From positions 1 through 64,000 of the forward strand of contig JAZDKJ010000002.1 of assembly GCA_043803105.1 (NCBI GenBank): DNA of 64,000 nt, in the 5' to 3' direction. Within the stretch, counting starts at the first letter, position 1. Every line of letters begins with the position of its first letter. Positions 8,988 through 17,004 of the stretch are shown one piece after another. Both the position numbers and the translations under genes were made by a program. Below the pieces are notes generated by a model, which searched no databases, had not been told where the DNA came from, and was given only the letters and a program-made list of their open reading frames with translations. Source of the DNA: Candidatus Woesearchaeota archaeon. GTDB lineage: Archaea > Nanobdellota > Nanobdellia > Woesearchaeales > JAZDKJ01.

Positions 8988-11900
8988 ATGTACAATAAAA
9001 AGTTGGTGACACTATTCGTCATATCAGTATTTCTTTCGAACTTTATTAGCATTACAGCAGTCGATGTTAAGGCTGCTTCTGTATTGCAGGTTGATATAAA
9101 TGATTCATCTTGTAGTGATACAACAGGCTTGCCATATTGCACTATACAGGCTGCAATCAATAATGCTTCTTCAGGTGACACGATAAATGTTGCTGCAGGG
9201 ACTTACTCCGAAGACCTTATTATCAACAAGGCTTTGACAATTACTGGTGCTGGCTCATCTTCTGTGACTGTCAACGGATTGCACAGGATAACCGCAAGTG
9301 ATGTGGCTATTAGCGGCTTCACTTTTGCGCCAGTCGGAGGCTATGGAATAACAATTGACTCCACATCCTCAGCTATTGACAACATAGCAATAACCGGTTC
9401 AGTTTTCACTCTCGCAGGCTACGGCGGAATCCATATTGGTGGAGACGCTGGAAGTTCAAACCTTATCTCAAATGTCAATATCGATTCAAACACCTTTGAT
9501 GGTCCTGTAAGTATGATTGCTAATCCTTGGAAGATTGGTGGCTTTTACGGCACTCCTGCAAGCCAGCAAGTGAATGGTGTTCATTTTACAAATAATCACG
9601 TCAACCGCTGTTCAATTCCAATAAACCTGGATAATTCTAATATTAATGATATTTTGATTGACAATAATATCTTTAGGGATACTGACGGAGTTGTTTATGT
9701 TTGGGAAACCGGCACGCCAACCGCGGTGTTGTCCAATTTCGTTTTCCAAAATAATGACGTTGATTCAAGTAACGCTTATGGTGTAGCAATTGGGGATGGC
9801 GGTGGTTTTACTGATGTAAATTATGGACCTGGAAACAAGATTAGCGACAGGAATAAGCTTGCAAACATTCCCGGAAAATACGGCTACAAGGCTGTCTCAA
9901 TAGTTGGGGCAGGGAGTTATATACTTGACGCTGAAAACAACTGGTGGGGCGATACTGACCCGAGTGATGATGTGACAGGAAATGTCGACTATTTCCCATT
10001 CTATCTGGAACAGGAGATGCTCAATCTAAGCCAATGTATTTCCAATGATACTTGCAGTTATCTTAACACTGCATGCGCTGATGGTGTTTGCACTGCAGGT
10101 AAATGTGCGCAGCAAGCCAAACAAAATGGCTTTTCCTGCGATGACAGTAGTCTCTGTACATCAAATGACCAATGCCTTCAAGGAGCTTGCACAGGCACTC
10201 CAAAAGACTGCTCAGATGCTGTAAACTGCACAGTAGACACCTGCAACCCAGTAAATGGCTCATGCTCAAGCGCACCTGACAATGTTTTTTGTTCAAATGG
10301 CCTTTTCTGCGACGGGACAGAGACTTGCGACGCGCTGACAGGATGCCTTCCAGGCACACCAATCAGTTGTTCTGCTAATGACCTGCCTGCAATAAATAAT
10401 TGCACAAACAATCCGGACAACAATTCATTTACGCTTGACACTGCATCAGGCTTCACTTCAGTCTGTGACGAAGGTCTTGACTCATGCACCCAAGGCGCAT
10501 ATTCATTTAGTCATGAATGCAGCATTGCTGTCTGCTCTGCTGAATGCGTTGCCTCAACTGATTGTGCGAACAAGTGTGTTGGCAGCTCTTATTATTCTTT
10601 AGGGTCATGCGAAGCATGCTCTTGCACCTATACTATTGCTGATTGCAATCTTCAGGATGCATGGTTTGACACTCAGGTTACACAGTGGGTCTCGTCAGGT
10701 GAGTGCACCGAGAAGGAGCAGAAGCAGCAGGAATTCAGGGATTACTCTTGTGATGCCCTCGTTGGCTGCTCTTTTAATGTTACCGAAACCCAATGGGTTG
10801 ATACCGGCACGACAAGGAACAAAACCGAAGGAACATCCTGTGATGATTCATTGTTCTGCACAGTCAATGATGCCTGCTCTCAAGGTGTCTGCTCTGGCTC
10901 TGCCAAGGATTGCTCTGCAGACAATATAAATGTTGCAGAATGCAGCTATAATCCTGACAATGTGCCGGCAACCTTTGATTCATTCACTTTCACATCAATT
11001 TGTGATGAGGCTAATGACCAATGCTCAACCGCTAGCCCGACTTGGCAGTCACAGATTGCGCATACCTGTGATGTCCAGACTTGCGGAGCGCAATGCGCAG
11101 CAAATTCTGATTGTGAGAGCTGGTGTTCGGGCAGTGTCCTTTTTGGGGGCATATGTGATACAGGCTGCCAGTGCAATTATGGTTTTATTGATTGCACCTT
11201 GTTCACAGGTTGGTACGCGACAGGCGACCCTGTTTGGGTTGATACTGGTGAGTGCACTCAAAAAGAGCAGCAGGCTATTGAGTACAGGGATTACAGCTGT
11301 TCTGCCCCTGAATGCATTTTCACTGTAACTGATACTGATGTTGTTGATACAGATAATACCAGAAACAAACCTGACGGTACCTCTTGCGATGACGGTCTTT
11401 TCTGTACAGTAAGTGAGCTCTGTTCTTCCGGAGTCTGCGGCCGTCAGCCCAGGGACTGTTCAGCAAACAATGTTGTTGTTGACCAGTGCAATTTTGACCC
11501 TGACGCCATAGACACAACCCTTGACACTTTTAGTTTCACCTCTGTCTGTGACGAACAGGCTGAGTCCTGCACTACAGCGCCAGAAACCTGGCCTTCCGAA
11601 ATACTCCATACCTGTAACACTGCCGAGTGTGGTGCAGAGTGCGTAACCAATGCTGAATGTTCTAACAAGTGTGTGGCTCAAGTGTTCTATTCTGCAGGCT
11701 CATGCCAGTCTGGATGCACCTGCTCTTATCAGACCACTAATTGCGATGCTCGTGATGGTTGGTATGACACTGGAGTAACTCAATGGGCTTCCACTGGCGA
11801 GTGCACAGAAAAGGACCAGAAACAGCAGGAATTCAGGGATTATTCTTGCGATGCCTTGATTGGTTGCTCTTTCAATGTTACCGAGACTAGGTGGCTGGAC

Positions 11901-14900
11901 TTAAGCCAGACAAGGAACAAGGTTGATGGCACCTCTTGTAATGACGGTTTGTTTTGCACTACAGGCGACTCTTGTCTTGCAGGTGTCTGCCAGGTAGGCA
12001 CATCACAGCGCGATTGTTCTGCCAACAGCATCTCAATCTCAGAATGCAATAATGTGCCAGACAACATCTCAACAACCTTTGACTCATTCAGCTTTGTCTC
12101 ATCTTGTGACGAGCAGCTTGATGTATGCACCTCTCCTGCTGAAGGTTGGCAATCAACAATCGGCCACGAATGCAGTGTTGAGCAATGCTCTGCTGAGTGC
12201 GATGAGGCAAACTCTTGCGTCGCAACTAAATGCGTCGGAGATAGCTATTATACCGGCGGCAATTGTGATGCACAATGTGGCTGCTCATACAACATAGAGA
12301 ATTGCAATGTTCAAGATGGATGGTATGACACTGGTGCAACACAGTTTGTGCCTCTTACCCAATGTACACAGAAGCAGCAGAAACAACAAGAGTTCAAGGA
12401 TTACTCCTGCAGTATTGATGGTTGCGTGTTCAACGTAACGCAGACACAATGGATTGATACAAATATAACAAGCAACGCCAATGAAGGTACCTCATGTAAT
12501 TCAGATGACCTTTGCACCACCGGATCTGTTTGTTCAGCAGGAGAATGTGTCGGAACACCAAAGAACTGCAGCGACAGCTTTGCTTGTACTGTTGATTCCT
12601 GTAATTCAGAATCAGGCTCTTGCGAGCACATAGCAGATAATGCAGTTTGCGATGATTCTTTGTTCTGCAACGGAATAGAGACTTGCAATGTGAATACGGG
12701 ATGCGTGCCAGGAACACCTGTTGATTGCCAGTCAAACAACCTGCCTGCTATTGACAGTTGCACAAACACTCCTGACAGCAATCCTTTAACTTTAGACCTT
12801 GCAGCAGGGTTCACATCAACCTGTGATGAGGCCTTGGATTCCTGCACCACAGGAACATATGTTTTCAGCCACGATTGTGATGTTGCTGATTGCCAGGCAG
12901 AATGTGATGAAGGCACACTATGCGCCCCAAAATGTGTTGGTGAGGTCTTCAACTCTAATGGCGCTTGCTCAGACGCATGCACCTGCAGCTACACCACAGC
13001 TGACTGCAATGCCCAGGATGGCTGGTACGATACTGGTGTAACCCAGTTTGTGCTGCTTACCGAATGCATTGAGAAGCAGCAGAAGGAGCAAGAGTTACGG
13101 GACTATATTTGTAGCCTTGAAGGTTGTGTTTTCAATATAACAGAGACCCAATGGGTGGACACTGGTGTGGAGCAGAATCTTGATGATGGTATACAGTGCA
13201 ACGCAGACAATCTTTGCACAGTAGGGGCAGTGTGTTCAGCAGGAGAATGCGTCGGCACTCAAAAAGACTGCAGCGACAGCTTTTCATGTACAACTGATTC
13301 TTGCAATCCAGAATCTGGCGTGTGCGAACACATCGCAGATAATGCAGTTTGCGACGATTCTGCATTCTGCAACGGAGTAGAAACCTGTGACTTAACTCTC
13401 GGTTGCGTTGGAGGAACAGCAATTGATTGCAGCTCAAACAATTTGCCTGCAATAAACGCCTGTGCCAATGACCCGGACAACAATCCATTTACTTTAGACA
13501 CAGCAGCAGACTTTACTTCAACCTGTGATGAGTCCTTAGATTCCTGCACTATAGGCGAATATGTTTTCAGCCACGCTTGTAATGTTGCTGATTGCCAGGC
13601 AGAGTGTGATGAAGCCACAACTTGCGCTCCAAAATGTGTCGGTGAAGTCTTCAACTCAAACGGCGCATGCACAGATGCCTGCACATGCACCTACACAACA
13701 ACTGACTGCAATGCATTGGATGGCTGGTACGATAATGGTTTGACTCAGTTCATTTCATCAGGGCCTTGCTCAGAAAAACAGCAAAAACAGCAAGAGTTTA
13801 GGGACTATTCCTGCAGCCTTAGTGGCTGTGTCTTCAGTGCAACACAAACCCAATGGGTTGACACCGGAATTGAGCAGAATCTCGCTGATGGCACTTCCTG
13901 CAACGACGGCCTGTTCTGCACTGCAAACGATGCCTGTAGCCTTGGCCTTTGCTCAGGCTCAGCTGTTGATTGCTCATCAAACAACATAAATGTTGCAGCA
14001 TGCAACTACAATCCTGACAATCAGCCTGCAACCTTTGACTTGTTTTCATTTGTCTCTGTTTGCTCAGAGACTGCACAGGGATGCACCCTTGCGCCAGAAG
14101 GATGGCAGTCAAGCATCAGCCATGAATGCAGCATCTCAGATTGCGGAGCAGAATGCGAGACTGCAACTGATTGCCAGGCCAAGTGCGTTGGAGATGACTA
14201 CTATTCAAACCCGAGCTGCTCAAGCTCATGCGCCTGTAACTTTGAAGTTCAGGACTGCAATTCATTGGATGGCTGGTACAACTCAGGCGATGCTGAATTT
14301 GTGCCCACAGGCGAATGCACCACAAAGCAGGTTCAGCCTCAGGAATTTAGAGATTACACCTGCAGCATAGGCGGATGCACATTCAATGTCACAGATACGC
14401 GTGAAATTGACACAGATGTTACCCAAAACCTTGCAGACGGTACAACCTGCAGCGATAACCTTTTCTGCACAGTTGATGATGAATGCAGCCAGGGTGTCTG
14501 CGCTGGACAGGCAAACTCTTGCTCTGATGGGGTTGACTGCTCTGTAGATTCTTGCAGCGAAGCATTGCAGCAGTGCCTGCATTCAGAAGATAATTCCTTC
14601 TGCAATGACAACCAGTTCTGCAATGGTGTGGAGACCTGCAATGTCAACACAGGATGTATTGCAGGAACACCTATTGATTGTTCTGCCAACAACCTGCCGA
14701 CAATAAACAGCTGCACCAATGTGCCTGACAGCAACCAGTTCACTCTTGATTTTGCGCCAGGTTTCAATTCAGTCTGTGATGATTTGACAGACTCGTGCAG
14801 CACTGGCTCATATGAATTTACACATGACTGCAGCGTATCAACCTGCAACGCACAATGCGATTCCTCGCATTCCTGCGCCCCTTCAACCTGCAGCCAGACC

Positions 14901-16088
14901 TTTCAGGATGTCTGCGTTGGCAATACGCTTGTCGAGTATAATGACAACAATGTGCAGGACTCAACTTTAGTAACTGACTCTGTCGCTAACTCATGCCTCG
15001 ACAGCTGCTCCTGCACAGGCAATCAGGCAAGCTGTCCGACCCCTGCCACTACCTCGCACTGTGCAATAGGTGAATGCGGAGCAAATTGCATTGACGCAGG
15101 AGACTGCGCACCTCACTGTGTTGGTACAGTTAGGTTCTTTGACTCTGATTGCAACAGCTGCGCCTGCTCTTATGCAAGCAGCGAAGACTGCAGCTCACAG
15201 GATGGATGGTATGATACTGGAGTTACGCAATGGGTATCGACTGGCGAATGTACAGAAAAAGAGCAGAAACAGCAGCAATACAGAACCTATGGCTGCGAGC
15301 CAGAAGCCTGCACCTTCACTGTTACAGACACAAGGTTTATTGACACGCCTGCAACAAGGACTAAGGATGTCTGCAAATCAGTCGACATCACTAGCCCTAC
15401 CTCGCCCATTCTCAACAGCACAAAAGTGAGATTTATCTTTACCTCTGTAGGATCAGCAGACCTATATTATTCGCTGGATGGCCAATCATTCAAGCTCTTA
15501 TGCACTGATTGCAAGTCTGCAGAAAAGCTGCTTGACCTGCCTGTCGGTTTGCATGAGATTGTGGGCAAGGCAATCTATGCAGACTCCACAACCATGAGTG
15601 ATAGTGTAGTCTTTACGATTGTAAAGCCTGCCCTTACCCAAGGAAGCACAACCTCTTGGTTCTCAATACCGGCAGGCACAAGCCTTGTTTCTGGTGACCT
15701 GCGGATTGTGCAGACCAAGAACAGGCGCATCAACCGCGCTGGCCATGGTCCGCTCTATGAGGAGTTTGTGAGCACAAGCATAAAGGTTCAGGCAAACAAT
15801 CTGCCAGCCCCGCCTGCAGGCAATTTCTTTGCTGTCTGGCTGTATTCAACCACTACAGGCAATTTCCTGAAATTAGGGCCATTGGAGTTGAACAAGCTGA
15901 CCGCGAATGCAAACCCACTCAACACAGGGATATTCGGGCACTTCTACAGCCAGCCTATGACCTTTAGCCAGGATCTGCTCAAGAACTATGACTCTGCCTT
16001 TGTTGAGCTTGAGCCAAATGGGTACAACAGCGCACTGCCCACAGGCGATTTTGTCTTGTTTTTCAACAAGCCAGTGCCAGATTCATAG
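8988..16088 (+). CDS. Giant secreted protein: parallel beta-helix head, Cys-rich repeat stalk, RskA-C-like C-terminal domain
   Basis: Signal peptide, then PYCTIQAAINNASSGDTINVAAGTYSE and DAENNWWG (pectin-lyase-like beta-helix signatures). It has eight GWY...QEFRDYSC units and a C-terminal LPAPPAGNFFAVWL...VELEPNG...PTG motif. SD GGGGGTG lies upstream. Confidence 0.88.
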   Translation: MYNKKLVTLFVISVFLSNFISITAVDVKAASVLQVDINDSSCSDTTGLPYCTIQAAINNASSGDTINVAAGTYSEDLIINKALTITGAGSSSVTVNGLHRITASDVAISGFTFAPVGGYGITIDSTSSAIDNIAITGSVFTLAGYGGIHIGGDAGSSNLISNVNIDSNTFDGPVSMIANPWKIGGFYGTPASQQVNGVHFTNNHVNRCSIPINLDNSNINDILIDNNIFRDTDGVVYVWETGTPTAVLSNFVFQNNDVDSSNAYGVAIGDGGGFTDVNYGPGNKISDRNKLANIPGKYGYKAVSIVGAGSYILDAENNWWGDTDPSDDVTGNVDYFPFYLEQEMLNLSQCISNDTCSYLNTACADGVCTAGKCAQQAKQNGFSCDDSSLCTSNDQCLQGACTGTPKDCSDAVNCTVDTCNPVNGSCSSAPDNVFCSNGLFCDGTETCDALTGCLPGTPISCSANDLPAINNCTNNPDNNSFTLDTASGFTSVCDEGLDSCTQGAYSFSHECSIAVCSAECVASTDCANKCVGSSYYSLGSCEACSCTYTIADCNLQDAWFDTQVTQWVSSGECTEKEQKQQEFRDYSCDALVGCSFNVTETQWVDTGTTRNKTEGTSCDDSLFCTVNDACSQGVCSGSAKDCSADNINVAECSYNPDNVPATFDSFTFTSICDEANDQCSTASPTWQSQIAHTCDVQTCGAQCAANSDCESWCSGSVLFGGICDTGCQCNYGFIDCTLFTGWYATGDPVWVDTGECTQKEQQAIEYRDYSCSAPECIFTVTDTDVVDTDNTRNKPDGTSCDDGLFCTVSELCSSGVCGRQPRDCSANNVVVDQCNFDPDAIDTTLDTFSFTSVCDEQAESCTTAPETWPSEILHTCNTAECGAECVTNAECSNKCVAQVFYSAGSCQSGCTCSYQTTNCDARDGWYDTGVTQWASTGECTEKDQKQQEFRDYSCDALIGCSFNVTETRWLDLSQTRNKVDGTSCNDGLFCTTGDSCLAGVCQVGTSQRDCSANSISISECNNVPDNISTTFDSFSFVSSCDEQLDVCTSPAEGWQSTIGHECSVEQCSAECDEANSCVATKCVGDSYYTGGNCDAQCGCSYNIENCNVQDGWYDTGATQFVPLTQCTQKQQKQQEFKDYSCSIDGCVFNVTQTQWIDTNITSNANEGTSCNSDDLCTTGSVCSAGECVGTPKNCSDSFACTVDSCNSESGSCEHIADNAVCDDSLFCNGIETCNVNTGCVPGTPVDCQSNNLPAIDSCTNTPDSNPLTLDLAAGFTSTCDEALDSCTTGTYVFSHDCDVADCQAECDEGTLCAPKCVGEVFNSNGACSDACTCSYTTADCNAQDGWYDTGVTQFVLLTECIEKQQKEQELRDYICSLEGCVFNITETQWVDTGVEQNLDDGIQCNADNLCTVGAVCSAGECVGTQKDCSDSFSCTTDSCNPESGVCEHIADNAVCDDSAFCNGVETCDLTLGCVGGTAIDCSSNNLPAINACANDPDNNPFTLDTAADFTSTCDESLDSCTIGEYVFSHACNVADCQAECDEATTCAPKCVGEVFNSNGACTDACTCTYTTTDCNALDGWYDNGLTQFISSGPCSEKQQKQQEFRDYSCSLSGCVFSATQTQWVDTGIEQNLADGTSCNDGLFCTANDACSLGLCSGSAVDCSSNNINVAACNYNPDNQPATFDLFSFVSVCSETAQGCTLAPEGWQSSISHECSISDCGAECETATDCQAKCVGDDYYSNPSCSSSCACNFEVQDCNSLDGWYNSGDAEFVPTGECTTKQVQPQEFRDYTCSIGGCTFNVTDTREIDTDVTQNLADGTTCSDNLFCTVDDECSQGVCAGQANSCSDGVDCSVDSCSEALQQCLHSEDNSFCNDNQFCNGVETCNVNTGCIAGTPIDCSANNLPTINSCTNVPDSNQFTLDFAPGFNSVCDDLTDSCSTGSYEFTHDCSVSTCNAQCDSSHSCAPSTCSQTFQDVCVGNTLVEYNDNNVQDSTLVTDSVANSCLDSCSCTGNQASCPTPATTSHCAIGECGANCIDAGDCAPHCVGTVRFFDSDCNSCACSYASSEDCSSQDGWYDTGVTQWVSTGECTEKEQKQQQYRTYGCEPEACTFTVTDTRFIDTPATRTKDVCKSVDITSPTSPILNSTKVRFIFTSVGSADLYYSLDGQSFKLLCTDCKSAEKLLDLPVGLHEIVGKAIYADSTTMSDSVVFTIVKPALTQGSTTSWFSIPAGTSLVSGDLRIVQTKNRRINRAGHGPLYEEFVSTSIKVQANNLPAPPAGNFFAVWLYSTTTGNFLKLGPLELNKLTANANPLNTGIFGHFYSQPMTFSQDLLKNYDSAFVELEPNGYNSALPTGDFVLFFNKPVPDS
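10650..15370 (+). repeat. Intragenic tandem Cys-rich repeat, 8 units of roughly 185-240 aa (approximate bounds)
   Basis: The DGWYDTGxTQ...CTEKxQKQQEFRDYSC...FNVTxT motif recurs 8 times. Adjacent central units share DNA words such as tgttcagcaggagaatg and tgttgctgattgccaggcaga. Confidence 0.85.
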
Positions 16089-16103
16089 CTGCAATTAGCC
16101 GGT

Positions 16104-16142
16104 AATTAGTACCCGAAGGGTTACTAATTTTTTTTATTTTTC
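16104..16142 (+). terminator. Hairpin plus T-tract terminator
   Basis: AATTAGTACCC-gaa-GGGTTACTAATT stem-loop followed by a long T run, just after the stop at 16088. Confidence 0.65.
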
Positions 16143-16372
16143 CTTGTTTTGGGCTTGTAGCAAGAATTATCGTCGATTGTTTAAATTATCTGCAATTAAG
16201 AAATTTGTCACCAGGCTGTGACAGATTATTTTGCTTATAAGTATTTCTCTCCTAGGCCATAGTAATGTTTAAATAAGTTTTGCGTATTCTTTTTGCCAAC
16301 ATACAGTAGTACAAATAAAAGACTACTATTAAATAACGAAAATTTCGGTTTTAGCCATCCGGGGGGGTTAAA

Positions 16373-17002
16373 TTGAAAATCAGGTCTTTGGTTTTAGTTT
16401 TCTTTGTAGTAGTATGTGCATTGCCAGTCTATGCGCTTACAGCCTCTATCGGCAATGCCCGCATGATCCTCAACACTGAGGTTGTTGCCGGCACTCCGAC
16501 AGTGCTTGAAAAATCCATCAAGGTCAACAACGTGAACAATGTTTCTGTTGACGTGACATTGGTCACTTCTGGAGACATCAAGTCCTTTACTGAGATGCTT
16601 GATAAGACTCTCACGCTTCAACCAGGCGAATCAAAGGATGCACGCTTTGTCATGAGCCTTCAGTATGGAGGCAGGTATGACGGAAAGATCCTTGTCACCT
16701 TTAAGCCTTCAGACCCTAACGTAAAGTCCACTCCTGTAGGGCTTGCATCAACCATTATAATTATTGCACAAGGCCCTGCCAACCCTAATCCTCCACAGCC
16801 AGATACAGAGGACACTGATGTTGTTCCTAACCCAACTGTTGACTCAGGCACGGTTGACGAGCAGCCTTCTGACAACAAGACAACTACAGTCAAGGAACCA
16901 ACAAAGGTTCCAGGCAAGGCAAATCCAGCAATTGGCATAGCCATTATAATTGCAGTACTTGCCATTGGCAGCATACTATATTGGTGGTACATGAAAAGGT
17001 AA
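16373..17002 (+). CDS. Secreted Ig-like protein with Pro/Thr linker and C-terminal TM anchor
   Basis: TTG start behind a G-rich SD, signal peptide ending VYA, a beta-rich domain with TLQPGES, a P/T/D-rich linker, and TM IGIAIIIAVLAIGSILYWWY followed by MKR. Confidence 0.75.
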   Translation: MKIRSLVLVFFVVVCALPVYALTASIGNARMILNTEVVAGTPTVLEKSIKVNNVNNVSVDVTLVTSGDIKSFTEMLDKTLTLQPGESKDARFVMSLQYGGRYDGKILVTFKPSDPNVKSTPVGLASTIIIIAQGPANPNPPQPDTEDTDVVPNPTVDSGTVDEQPSDNKTTTVKEPTKVPGKANPAIGIAIIIAVLAIGSILYWWYMKR

Positions 17003-17004
17003 GA

